Positions 50,078 through 59,902 of a stretch of DNA of 64,000 nucleotides are shown here, in pieces. A program made the position numbers and the translations under genes. Below the pieces are notes generated by a model, which saw nothing but the letters and a program-made list of their open reading frames with translations, was not told the DNA's origin and made no database searches. Origin of the DNA: Escherichia coli (GTDB lineage: Bacteria > Pseudomonadota > Gammaproteobacteria > Enterobacterales > Enterobacteriaceae); the NCBI RefSeq assembly GCF_050920415.1, contig NZ_CP169309.1; one strand, 5' to 3'. Each line of letters begins with the position of its first letter. Within the stretch, counting starts at the first letter, position 1.

Positions 50078-51554
50078 TTACCACCTCCGCAATCCTGGCC
50101 TGAGAACTGCTGTCAGGCAGGAAGCTATGGGTGATCTGACCTTTTTGCATTACCAAAATCCGGTGGCTTTGATACCACGCTTCTTCAATTTCATCGCAGA
50201 TCATCAATACCGCAATGCCATGAGCCGCCAGATCGCTGATAATGCCGTATATTCCTGCTTTGTTGGCGATATCAACACCGACAGTCGGGCTATCGAGAAT
50301 CAACAGTCGTGGCCCAATCGCCAGCCATTTGGCGATCGATACTCGCTGCGCGTTACCCCCGGAAAGCGTATTCACCGGGAGATGTGGGTCAGAGACTTTG
50401 ATGGTCAATGCCTTAATTAGCCTATCCACCAGGTCACGCACTTTAGCTTCACTCAGAAAGCCGAAGCGATCTTTTACCTTGTGAAAAACAGTGCTAATGA
50501 TGTTGTCTTCAATAGATTGCGCCATCACCAAACCGCGCGACATGCGATCTTCCGAAACATAACCAATACCGTGGCGGATGGCGTCCTGGTTACTATGCAG
50601 TGTTACCGGCTGACCGTTGATGAGGATCTCACCAGCATCCGGTCGGGTCATACCAAACAGACTCAGACATAATTCCGTGCGCCCCGCACCAAGCAGGCCA
50701 ACAATCGACACCACTTCGCCCGCTTCCACCCGCAAGTTAATATTTTGATATTCCCCATGACGACTTAAATTACGCACCTCCAGCACTGGGGTGCTGGATT
50801 TTCCCTGCCACAACTCTCGCACCTGATATTCAAACTCCTGGCCGGTCATCAGGAAACCGAGTTGTTTTGTGGTCATCTCTGCAGCCGGAAAGGTCCCGAC
50901 CAGCTCACCATCTTTCAACACTGAAATACGGTCGGAAACTTCCATCACCTCTTCCAGACGATGACTGACGAAGACCACGCAAATCCCGCGTTCCCGCAAT
51001 TGATGCACCACCTGCAATAACCCTTGCACTTCCTGATGGGTCAGCGAAGCGGTTGGTTCATCCATCACGATCAACCGTGCGTCCTGCGCCAGTGCACGGC
51101 AAATTGCCACCAGCTGACAGCGGGCAATTGAAAGCTCAGAAACGAGCGTATCCAGTGGCAATGTGACGTTAATACTGGTCATTGCCGCCTGCGCCACCTC
51201 ACGCAGACGACGTCGGTTAACAAACAGACCGTGGTGATAGTGATTCACGGCGATATTCTCCCAGACACTCAGGTTAGGAAATAAAGAGAGGTCCTGATAA
51301 ATCACCTGAATCCCCTGCGCCACCGAAGCGGCGGGTGTCAGCTTTGACCAGTTTTTCCCACCAAGCGTAATTTCCGCCCCCTCATCCGGGCGATAAACAC
51401 CGGACATAATTTTAATCAACGTCGATTTACCACAGCCGTTTTGCCCGGCAAGGCAGTGCACCTCACCCGACATAAAGTCGAGAGAAACATCGCGCAGCGC
51501 TCGCGTGGCATGAAACGTTTTGTTGATATGACGAAGGGAAAGGAAGGTTTCCAT
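50070..51554 (-). CDS. Carbohydrate ABC transporter ATP-binding protein with tandem nucleotide-binding domains (RbsA/LsrA-like)
   Basis: About 494 aa from ATG 51554 with AGGGGA upstream; two NBDs (Walker A GQNGCGKST; signature LSGGNAQRV in the second domain). Confidence 0.88.
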   Translation of the reverse strand: METFLSLRHINKTFHATRALRDVSLDFMSGEVHCLAGQNGCGKSTLIKIMSGVYRPDEGAEITLGGKNWSKLTPAASVAQGIQVIYQDLSLFPNLSVWENIAVNHYHHGLFVNRRRLREVAQAAMTSINVTLPLDTLVSELSIARCQLVAICRALAQDARLIVMDEPTASLTHQEVQGLLQVVHQLRERGICVVFVSHRLEEVMEVSDRISVLKDGELVGTFPAAEMTTKQLGFLMTGQEFEYQVRELWQGKSSTPVLEVRNLSRHGEYQNINLRVEAGEVVSIVGLLGAGRTELCLSLFGMTRPDAGEILINGQPVTLHSNQDAIRHGIGYVSEDRMSRGLVMAQSIEDNIISTVFHKVKDRFGFLSEAKVRDLVDRLIKALTIKVSDPHLPVNTLSGGNAQRVSIAKWLAIGPRLLILDSPTVGVDIANKAGIYGIISDLAAHGIAVLMICDEIEEAWYQSHRILVMQKGQITHSFLPDSSSQARIAEVVNG

Positions 51555-51567
51555 AGCATCCCCTGGC

Positions 51568-51592
51568 AATAAGAATCGGGGCTTTCGCCCCG
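51568..51592 (-). terminator. Intra-operon hairpin between binding-protein and ATPase genes (possible partial terminator)
   Basis: CGGGGC-GAAA-GCCCCG stem-loop on the transcribed strand followed by AUUCUUAUU. Confidence 0.4.
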
Positions 51593-51602
51593 AAGAAATG
51601 GA

Positions 51603-52589
51603 TTAATAAAGTGAGTCAATATTGTCTTTGTTGACCAGTAATACCTTATGGAAACGGATAATTCGCTTATCCATATCTACGTCGGCCTTACCGAGATTCT
51701 CCATTTCTAATCCAGGTTTGATCTCTTCACCCTTCAGCAACGTGCTGGCGACGGCCGCGAGTGCGTAACCTGCAGAGGCCGGATCGTAAGTAATCCCTTC
51801 GGTGATATCACCACTTTTAATCAGTGATGCCGCCTGTGAAGGGATCATCATGCCATAGACTGCGACTTTATTTTTCGCCCGTTTCTCTTTCACTGCACGT
51901 CCCGCGCCAATCGGACCGTTTGAACCAAAGGAGACAACCGCTTTCAAGTCAGGATAGGTTTTCATCAGGTCCAGTGTGGTACGACGTGAGTCATCCACAC
52001 TCTCGGCAACCGGCATGCGGCGGGTAACTTCATGCATATCCGGGTAATGCTCTTTCTGGTATTTCACCAGCAAGTCAGCCCATAAGTTATGCTGCGGCAC
52101 GGTCAAACTACCCACGTAAATCACGTAGCCGCCCTTGCCACCCATGCGTTTCGCCATATGTTCAACATATTCAGCGGCAAATTTTTCGTTATCAATGATT
52201 TCGATATCCCAGTTAGCACTTGGCTGACCGGGGGATTCGTTGGTCAGAACCACAATTCCGGCATCTCGCGCTTTTTTGAATACCGGTTCCAGCACGTTGG
52301 CATCGTTTGGCACAATTGTAATTGCATTAACCTTACGGGCGATTAAATCCTCAATGATTTTAACCTGTTGCGGTGCATCAGTACTTGAAGGCCCCACCTG
52401 TGACGCATTAACACCAAAGGCTTTACCCGCCTCGACCACACCTTCGCCCATGCGATTAAACCACGGCATACCATCGACTTTAGAGATATTCACCACGACT
52501 TTTTCCGCGGCCTGGAGCGGCGCAGAAATTAGCGCAGCGCCTAATAACAGCGAAGACACCATATTGATAACAAAACGTTTATTCATCAT
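51603..52589 (-). CDS. Periplasmic sugar-binding protein, LsrB/RhaS-like (type I PBP)
   Basis: 328 aa with signal peptide MMNKRFVINMVSSLLLGAALISAPLQA; C-terminal NKDNIDSLY resembles the LsrB C-terminus; GAGG SD upstream. Confidence 0.85.
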   Translation of the reverse strand: MMNKRFVINMVSSLLLGAALISAPLQAAEKVVVNISKVDGMPWFNRMGEGVVEAGKAFGVNASQVGPSSTDAPQQVKIIEDLIARKVNAITIVPNDANVLEPVFKKARDAGIVVLTNESPGQPSANWDIEIIDNEKFAAEYVEHMAKRMGGKGGYVIYVGSLTVPQHNLWADLLVKYQKEHYPDMHEVTRRMPVAESVDDSRRTTLDLMKTYPDLKAVVSFGSNGPIGAGRAVKEKRAKNKVAVYGMMIPSQAASLIKSGDITEGITYDPASAGYALAAVASTLLKGEEIKPGLEMENLGKADVDMDKRIIRFHKVLLVNKDNIDSLY

Positions 52590-52839
52590 TTCAGCCTCAT
52601 TGCAGGGTAGTCAGGAAGTGTTCGCCCAAATTAGCGCGCTGGAGAGAATAAGAATTTTCGAATATTTTTATGCAGAATAAACAGCCCTATTTCAGGCAGC
52701 TATTAAAAATTTGGTTGTAAATATGGACAAAACGGGCAGTAACAATAAGTGTGACAATCATCACGTAAAAAATAGCAAAATAAACAAAATTAGCGACACT
52801 TTATGTTTGTGAGCTTATTTCGCGTAGAAAAATAGTTAT

Positions 52840-53250
52840 CTACACAACGTCAATAAGGGCATATTCTTCAAAGATAACGTCCATTTCGGGTGAATAGCAT
52901 CCTTCTGCCTGGAAAAAACGACGGTGTTCATTACGCCAATATTCAAGACTGAGGTCACCTTCACCTTCCTTACGGGCAAGCTCCGCGGTGACATCAGAAA
53001 AGCGCAGTAAATGCAGGCCAATAACTCTGATAACACACACAGGCTCACCACGGCTATTTTCTACAATCTTATACTCGCCAATCATCGGAAATGCGTTGTC
53101 TTCAATACATCCCGCCAGCGAACCACAGGAAGCTGTTTTAACACCAGTCGCAATCAACGTTGCGAGGTAATCGGCCAACGCTGCTGAATCGCCAAAAGTA
53201 CAAAAGGAAGCATGGGGATATTTTTGTGAGATTTTTTCTTTTATGGTCAT
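52840..53250 (-). CDS. ASCH-domain protein
   Basis: About 136 aa from ATG 53250 (MTIKEKISQKYPHASFCTFGD...); track ORF extends to a TTG at 53280; start uncertain. Confidence 0.7.
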   Translation of the reverse strand: MTIKEKISQKYPHASFCTFGDSAALADYLATLIATGVKTASCGSLAGCIEDNAFPMIGEYKIVENSRGEPVCVIRVIGLHLLRFSDVTAELARKEGEGDLSLEYWRNEHRRFFQAEGCYSPEMDVIFEEYALIDVV

Positions 53251-53548
53251 GGCAATATTTTCGCGATAACAGAACAACAAATTACATCTTAATTACTGTC
53301 GATAACTATCAGCAAGAGGATCATTGGTTTTTCTATGTTTAATCTTTTTTATCCGAAGCAGGTCACATTTATGACTTGATAAATACCTTTGTTAAAACTC
53401 ACTTTTGTGTATTTCTCTCAAATAATCCCCTGGAAATTATGCCGGGAGATTATAAAGTTCAGGATCATTCATTAACAAACCATTCCCGCCCCACTCCCTG
53501 GGGCTTAAATCTCTTACTATTCACCGTTGCAGGCGTTTCAAATTCGTA

Positions 53549-54931
53549 TCAACCTGCCACACTCCCCCACACCAGTTGCCCTTTATGGAACGTTGCGGTT
53601 CTCGGCGAGATACGCGCCACCGCCTCGGCGGAACAGGAGGCGTCCACCAGCACAAAGCTGGCGTCATCCTGCGCTTTGGGCCAGACGCGCTCGCCTTTTT
53701 CGTTGAGCGGCAATACATCACCAGTGGCTAAAAACAGCGAGCGGGAGAGGTTCTGTTCGTTAGGACGAATATAGAGTTGCGCATACAGATTGGCTTTTTC
53801 CAGCATGTCACCCAGGCCGTAAGGCGACCAGTGGTCGATAACGCTGTCGGTGCCAGTCATGACTTTTACACCTTTGTCGTGCAGCTGTTTGAGTGGCATA
53901 TGCAACGTGCCAATCGGTACCGTCGAGGCAATAGAAATTTGCTGCGCCGCCATCCGGTGCGCCAGTTCATCTACCTGTTGCTCATTGAGCGTTGCCAGCG
54001 CAAAGGCGTGGCTGATGGTCAGTTTGCCCTTCAGTTGCGGCGTTTTCTCCACCATTTCAACCATATAATTGATGGCCGCCACGCCTGCCGGAGTGGTTTC
54101 ATGCAGATGAATATCGACGCCTTTGTCGTAGTCCAGCGCAATCTGGAACATGGTGTCGAGGGATTTTTCCATCGCGCCATCAACACTGGTCGGGTCCAGC
54201 CCGCCGACGTAATGCGCCCCTGCCTGCATCGCTTCACGCATCAAGGGTTCCGATTTCGACAGCAGCAAACCGTGCTGCGGGAAGGCGACGATTTCACACT
54301 CGAAGCCCGCCTGACGTCGCGCCAGCACCGCCTGCAAATTTTGCAGATTTTTCAGGCCGGAAACCGGTTCGATATTGCAGTGGCTGCGGGCAATGGTGGT
54401 GCCTTTCGACTGCAATAAATCGATCAGTTTTTCTGCCCGCTCCTGAGTGTAGGGTTGCAGTTCCGGCAGCATTTTCTGCTCAAGTTTGATCATGTCCTGG
54501 ATAGTGGTGCCTGCAGGGCGATTGAGTGAGCGCCACGGTCCGCCGTAAAAGGTTTTGTCAAGATGAATATGCATGTCGCGAGTAGTGGGCAACATAAGCT
54601 TACCGCCAGCGTCATAGTGCGGTAGCGTGGCGTCCGGATGCTGCTTGTTCTCATGTAGCGCAACAATTTTACCGTCCTGAATCTCCACGGTCTGGCGCGC
54701 CGTGCGGGTCTGTACTGCCACACCGTTTTCGTAGTCAAAACCGGTTTCCAGCAGCACGTTGTCGAGATAGTAGTGCGGGTCAGTGATTTTCATTGTGTTA
54801 TTCGCGTCGCAGTGGGTTGTGCCAGAGACCTCCGCATGGGCGAATGGCACAGAGGTACCAAACAGCGCGGCGGCGGTGACCATCTTACCGCTCTGGCTCA
54901 AAAACTCACGACGGCTATTGTTTTCTTTCAT
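53549..54931 (-). CDS. yahJ: Tat-secreted amidohydrolase-family deaminase
   Basis: 460 aa; twin-arginine signal SRREFL followed by a hydrophobic stretch; amidohydrolase motifs (DMHIHLD, VDIHLHE); matches YahJ. Confidence 0.9.
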   Translation of the reverse strand: MKENNSRREFLSQSGKMVTAAALFGTSVPFAHAEVSGTTHCDANNTMKITDPHYYLDNVLLETGFDYENGVAVQTRTARQTVEIQDGKIVALHENKQHPDATLPHYDAGGKLMLPTTRDMHIHLDKTFYGGPWRSLNRPAGTTIQDMIKLEQKMLPELQPYTQERAEKLIDLLQSKGTTIARSHCNIEPVSGLKNLQNLQAVLARRQAGFECEIVAFPQHGLLLSKSEPLMREAMQAGAHYVGGLDPTSVDGAMEKSLDTMFQIALDYDKGVDIHLHETTPAGVAAINYMVEMVEKTPQLKGKLTISHAFALATLNEQQVDELAHRMAAQQISIASTVPIGTLHMPLKQLHDKGVKVMTGTDSVIDHWSPYGLGDMLEKANLYAQLYIRPNEQNLSRSLFLATGDVLPLNEKGERVWPKAQDDASFVLVDASCSAEAVARISPRTATFHKGQLVWGSVAG

Positions 54932-54940
54932 CTTACGTCC

Positions 54941-55891
54941 TTACGTTTTAATAATATGGGTGCCCGTCTCGCCACGCAGCGCCGCGGGCAGGCATTCCGG
55001 CGTGGTGATAATCACTTCTTTACCGCCCTGTTCCAGGAACGTCAGGCTGGCGATGATTTTTGGCAACATGCTGCCTGGCGGGAAATGCCCTTCCTGCATA
55101 TAGCGGGTCATGGTGGCAATATCCACCCGATCCAGCGCCTGCTGCTGCGGTTTGCCAAAATGAATACACACTTTTTCGACGCCGGTGGTGATCACCAGAA
55201 TGTCGGCGTGAATTTCGCGGGCCAGCAGCGCGGTGGAGAGATCTTTGTCGATAACCGCGTCCACGCTTTGGTAATCTCCCGCGTCAGTACGCACCACCGG
55301 AATTCCGCCACCGCCCGCACCAATCACCACAAACCCTTGTTGGATCAGCGCTTTAATGGCAGGTGCTTCAACAATACGTTTCGGTTCCGGCGAGGCGACC
55401 ACGCGGCGATAGCCGCGTCCGGCATCTTCAACAAAACGCCAGTCAGGGTTTGCCTTTTGAAATTCGTTACGCTGGCTTTCACTGAAGAATGCGCCAATGG
55501 GCTTGGTGGGGTGAGCAAATCCCGGATCGTTTTTATCCACTTCCACCTGAGTCACCACGGTGACGGCTTTTTTCTCGCCGTGGCGCGCCAGCCGATTGTT
55601 CAGCGCCTGTTGGATCAAGTAGCCAATGCCGCCTTGCGTATCCGCCACACAGTTCGCCAGCGGCGTTAAGGGCAGCCCTTCGCGCTCGTGGGCAATCTCC
55701 GCGCGGCGTAAATCCAGCCCGACCTGCGGCCCGTTGCCGTGGGTCAGCACAATGTCGTAATCGGAAGCCAGCATTTCCAGCACCGTATCGGCGACGGCCT
55801 TCACCGCCTCCGCCTGATGCTCAATCGACTGGCTGGCGTTATCTTTGATAATGCTGTTGCCACCAATGGCAACGACCACAAGTTCTTTCAT
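54941..55891 (-). CDS. yahI: Carbamate kinase-like protein
   Basis: 316 aa amino acid kinase fold; N-terminal VVVAIGGNS; matches YahI. Confidence 0.92.
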   Translation of the reverse strand: MKELVVVAIGGNSIIKDNASQSIEHQAEAVKAVADTVLEMLASDYDIVLTHGNGPQVGLDLRRAEIAHEREGLPLTPLANCVADTQGGIGYLIQQALNNRLARHGEKKAVTVVTQVEVDKNDPGFAHPTKPIGAFFSESQRNEFQKANPDWRFVEDAGRGYRRVVASPEPKRIVEAPAIKALIQQGFVVIGAGGGGIPVVRTDAGDYQSVDAVIDKDLSTALLAREIHADILVITTGVEKVCIHFGKPQQQALDRVDIATMTRYMQEGHFPPGSMLPKIIASLTFLEQGGKEVIITTPECLPAALRGETGTHIIKT

Positions 55892-55940
55892 GTTGTTATG
55901 TCCGCTACAGAGGGTGATGGGGTTATGACCAACGCCAAAT

Positions 55941-56021
55941 TGCCTGATGCGCTACGCTTATCAGGCCTACAGATTCTTGCGCCACTCGTAGGCCGGATAA
56001 GGCGTTCACGCCGCATCCGGC
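55941..56021. repeat. REP elements between yahI and yahG
   Basis: TGCCTGATGCGCTACGCTTATCAGGCCTAC and GTAGGCCGGATAAGGCGTTCACGCCGCATCCGGC. Confidence 0.8.
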
Positions 56022-56044
56022 AGAGACAACGCGCACTTTGCAGG

Positions 56045-57463
56045 TCAGACGCCGTAACGTTCGCACCAGCCAAGAATGGCTTTTTCGAAGCAGGCGAATG
56101 GTGGATGCACAATGCCCGCGCCAATCATGCCGACGCCCGCATCTTTATGGGCAATGGCGGTGTTGATCACCGGCAGAATGCCACTGCTACCCACGCGGGT
56201 GATGTCGATTGCCGTCGGCACACCCATAAAACCGAGCAGCGGAATGGTCACGTTGGGGTTTTCGCCGAGGGTGATTTCGCGCATCTGACGGGAGAAATCG
56301 ATAGCCTCTTCCACCGTACCGCCCACCAGCGCGACGATTGCAGGCGCGGTCGCCATAGCAAATCCACCAATGCCGTAGGTTTCGGTGATGGCGCTGTCGC
56401 CAATATCCAGCCCCGAATCTTCCGGCTTATAACCGGCAAACATCGGGCCGATGACCTGTTGCGCCGGGCCGGTAAACCACTGCCCCGGCAGGCCGCTGAC
56501 TCGCAGGCCGAACTCGACACCGTTACGCGCCATGGTGGTCACCACGGTGCTGTATTCAATGCCGTGCGCCGCATCCATCGCTGCTTTACACATTGCCATC
56601 CACGTCGGGCCGGAGAAGTAATCGCTGCTGGCGACAAACTCAAACACTTCGCGCTGTTGCTCGACGGAATAACCCGCCTGAATAATCCCCGGCGTCAGCG
56701 CCTGAATCAGCAGCGTCGTCCCGGCGTTATTGCGGTTATGGCATTCATCGCCCATATGCAGCGCCTGCGCCAGCATTAAGCGCAGATCAATCTCACCGAG
56801 AATCTTCATTGCGTCGCGCAGCATGGGCCCCTGCACATCGCGCATCCAGTTCAGGCGGTCAATCACGCTCTGATCGTTAGCGCCCATACGCAAAATCTTC
56901 GCCATCTGCTCGCTCATGTTGGTGTAAGCGATGTTGCCGTAGGTTTTGTTTTTCACGATGTGCATAAACATCGAGGCCGAGGTAACACCCGCCATCGAAC
57001 CCACGCAGTCGTGTTCGTGGCACGGCGAGAAAGTGATCTCCCCGGAGGCCGCCAGTTCAGCCGCCTCGTCAAGATCTTTCGCCAGTCCTTCGAACACCAG
57101 CGCCCCGGTGACCGCGCCTTTCATCGCGCCGCACATTTTTTCCCAGGTCACTGGTGGCCCGGCGTGAAGAATGGTTTTCGGCGTCATACCCGGCACCACG
57201 TTAATCGCCTGATCAAAACCAATCAGCACCGGATGCGACTGGATAATCCGCTCCAGCGCCTGCTGGTTAGCGGCGGCGATTTTGTCTGCCAGCGGCGAAT
57301 CGGCAATGTTATCCAGCGCCTGCACCACCTGCATATTGCCCTGCCCCGGCGGCGTCCAGTCGAGTTGGGTCACTTCTACATGCTGCTTTTTCAGATCATC
57401 GCTAAACATAGCGATGCCGACATTAATAACGTTCAACGGTTGGCTAAACAGTGACTGGCTCAT
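56045..57463 (-). CDS. yahG: DUF1116-family protein (YlbE-like)
   Basis: 472 aa from ATG 57463, overlapping the yahF stop (TGATG); matches YahG. Confidence 0.9.
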   Translation of the reverse strand: MSQSLFSQPLNVINVGIAMFSDDLKKQHVEVTQLDWTPPGQGNMQVVQALDNIADSPLADKIAAANQQALERIIQSHPVLIGFDQAINVVPGMTPKTILHAGPPVTWEKMCGAMKGAVTGALVFEGLAKDLDEAAELAASGEITFSPCHEHDCVGSMAGVTSASMFMHIVKNKTYGNIAYTNMSEQMAKILRMGANDQSVIDRLNWMRDVQGPMLRDAMKILGEIDLRLMLAQALHMGDECHNRNNAGTTLLIQALTPGIIQAGYSVEQQREVFEFVASSDYFSGPTWMAMCKAAMDAAHGIEYSTVVTTMARNGVEFGLRVSGLPGQWFTGPAQQVIGPMFAGYKPEDSGLDIGDSAITETYGIGGFAMATAPAIVALVGGTVEEAIDFSRQMREITLGENPNVTIPLLGFMGVPTAIDITRVGSSGILPVINTAIAHKDAGVGMIGAGIVHPPFACFEKAILGWCERYGV

Positions 57464-59010
57464 CAGGCTTCCTCCCCTTTGCAAATAAATTCACGCGCCA
57501 GCAATCCGGTATTGGTGCTGCTGCTGGCCAGAATCACCCCGGCATCAAGCAGCATCTGGCTTTGTTGTGCTAACGATGGCGTATCGAGATCGGTACCCAG
57601 CACATAGGCGAGAATGATCAACTCGCGGCCTTCGGCGGCAGCGATCGCTTTCGCTTCTTTGATCGCCTCGATGGTGGAACCGACCGGATCTTCATGCGAT
57701 CCAAATCCGAGCACAAAATCCATCACGATCACCGCCACTTCTGGATCACGCGCTTCTTCGATCAAGCGACTGATGCGATTGGTGGGGTCAATCATTGGAT
57801 GCGGCTTGCCGTTGGTGAAGTCGTCATCACCAAAGTCGAGGAAGGTGTGTTTGATGCTGCGGTTGATATCTTGCAGGCGGAATTCAGGATCGGGCTGGAT
57901 GTTGCTGTAGACATCGCCGTGTTTTTCCATCACCGCGAACATGGTTTCGTCACACAGCGTGCCGCCGCAGAACAGGCCACGAATGTATTTCTGCCGCGGT
58001 TGCAGACGCGCCCGCACATCCGCAATCAACGGCTGGTTCAGCGTATGCAGCTCGAGATGTTCTTGTTTCACGCCGGAGAGCATCACCGCTTTCAATGCCG
58101 CCTCTTTGCTGCCGCGAGCAAACTGTAGCCCCTGCTCATCCACTGGCGTTTCGCCACGACCGAGGAAGCAGACCACCACCGGCTTGCGGCAGGCGCGTGC
58201 GCGTTCCAGCACTTTGCGGGCCACCGCAGGCGCAGGCGGTTTGGAGATAAGTACAATGATTTCAGTTTGCGGATCGTTTTCCAGCATCCCGATAGCGTCG
58301 AGCATCATCAGGCCGCCGATTTTCTCGCTCAGGTCGCGCCCGCCGGTGCCAATCAGTTGCGAAATGCCGCCACCAAATTCATGAATGCGGACGCTCAGCT
58401 CCTGGCTACCGGTGCCGGATGCGCCAACAATACCGATGTTGCCGCGACGCACAGCGTTACCAAAGCAGAGCGCCGCGCCGTTGATAATCGCCGTGCCGCA
58501 GTCTGGCCCCATCATCAGCAGCCCTTTTTCGTGGGCCAGTTGCTTGAGCGCCAGTTCATCTTCAACTGAGACATTATCGGAAAACAGCATCACGTTAAGA
58601 TCGTTTTGCAGCGCCTGACGCGCTTCGCGAGCGGCAAACAGACCGTTGACCGAAATCACTGCCAGGTTACTTTCCGGGATATGCTTTTTGGCGCTGGCAA
58701 TAGTGGCATAACGCGCCTCGTGCGAGCCGCTTTGCGCTTTGCTGTTGAACAGTTCTTCAATCTCCACCAGCAACTGCTCGTTGTCTGCGCCCGCTTTGCC
58801 GTTGATGACAATCATCAGGTCGCCGTTTTTCGCCTGCTCCAGCTCCGGCGTCAGCAGCCCTAAATTCTTCAGAACGCCTTTGTTCATTTCGGTCGCCATC
58901 GCCACAAATGCCTGCTCGACGCCGTCGAGTTTATTTGCACGCGTGGAGATAGACATCAGCGAGACAGAATCAAAATAGGTATTCGGTTTAATGACTATTT
59001 TAACTGACAT
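57463..59010 (-). CDS. yahF: FdrA-like protein (CoA-binding, succinyl-CoA synthetase alpha-like fold)
   Basis: 515 aa; matches YahF; overlaps yahE by 11 nt. Confidence 0.9.
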   Translation of the reverse strand: MSVKIVIKPNTYFDSVSLMSISTRANKLDGVEQAFVAMATEMNKGVLKNLGLLTPELEQAKNGDLMIVINGKAGADNEQLLVEIEELFNSKAQSGSHEARYATIASAKKHIPESNLAVISVNGLFAAREARQALQNDLNVMLFSDNVSVEDELALKQLAHEKGLLMMGPDCGTAIINGAALCFGNAVRRGNIGIVGASGTGSQELSVRIHEFGGGISQLIGTGGRDLSEKIGGLMMLDAIGMLENDPQTEIIVLISKPPAPAVARKVLERARACRKPVVVCFLGRGETPVDEQGLQFARGSKEAALKAVMLSGVKQEHLELHTLNQPLIADVRARLQPRQKYIRGLFCGGTLCDETMFAVMEKHGDVYSNIQPDPEFRLQDINRSIKHTFLDFGDDDFTNGKPHPMIDPTNRISRLIEEARDPEVAVIVMDFVLGFGSHEDPVGSTIEAIKEAKAIAAAEGRELIILAYVLGTDLDTPSLAQQSQMLLDAGVILASSSTNTGLLAREFICKGEEA

Positions 59011-59863
59011 AATTCCCTCCGTAGGTTTGGCTCAGCGCACAACCATCGGCCATGCCATACAGCATGTCGCAGCCGGAACTGGAGCCAATATGTTTAATTT
59101 TTTCTATTGCCTGAGTTGCGTTCCCAGGTATGTCATAAATAATGTTATGAATAAAACGATGAATATTTTCCCGGCAGCGTTGTTGTAATGCGGCTTCCAG
59201 CGTTATGGCACTTAATAACGTGGTATTATTTCTGCCGCGTTGCAGACCGAGATAAAATTCCTCTTTGTATTTTTCCGCCGGATGCCCGGGAATAAATGAA
59301 ATAAGCGCCAGACCTGTTAAATAATCATCGGCTGATGGTGTAAGGCCAATCCCTAACCCCATCATACTGACGACCGCTGAGGCGATATTTTGTTTATCGT
59401 TTACGGCCTGAATAACTGCCCGTCGTTTAATATGTAATTCTTTTTTTAATGCCTGATAGAACGGGTTATCGCCACAATAATTAAACAGGGTTTCATTTTC
59501 CCCCAGGTGTTGATGAATAATGTCGTGCCACTGTTGCCAGGCGATAAGGTGAAAATTTTCAGCGGTCATTTGCAAAGCTGGGGACAGCCAACGCTGGCAA
59601 TGACTCATCTCTATATGAAGATGTTGACCAACCGTAATACCTTGATCATCAAACTGAACCTTATCACCATGACGGAACAGACCATCAAAGTGAGTGAGTG
59701 CCAACCGACAACTGTTTGGCGCATTGTCGTACTCTTCACAAAGCAGTGTCAGCAACTGCTGGCGGGCCGGAAGTGCGATATTTACCGCTCTGGCAAAGAC
59801 CTGTTCAACCTGTCCTTGCCCCCGCTGCGCCAGAAAATCAGCATCCGCAGTTAGCGCCCACAC
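59000..59863 (-). CDS. yahE: DUF2877-family protein (YlbF-like)
   Basis: 287 aa; matches YahE. Confidence 0.88.
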   Translation of the reverse strand: MWALTADADFLAQRGQGQVEQVFARAVNIALPARQQLLTLLCEEYDNAPNSCRLALTHFDGLFRHGDKVQFDDQGITVGQHLHIEMSHCQRWLSPALQMTAENFHLIAWQQWHDIIHQHLGENETLFNYCGDNPFYQALKKELHIKRRAVIQAVNDKQNIASAVVSMMGLGIGLTPSADDYLTGLALISFIPGHPAEKYKEEFYLGLQRGRNNTTLLSAITLEAALQQRCRENIHRFIHNIIYDIPGNATQAIEKIKHIGSSSGCDMLYGMADGCALSQTYGGNYVS

Positions 59864-59902
59864 ACACCGTCTTTCTGGTGTGTTGATAGCAAGCCTCCCG
59901 GT

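Noticed and set aside
53777-56779. Several long plus-strand ORFs (53777-54418, 54773-55669, 55739-56779) antisense to yahJ, yahI and yahG
   Set aside because: All are embedded in strongly supported minus-strand genes with recognisable protein families; the plus-strand translations are low-complexity and lack start-site signals.
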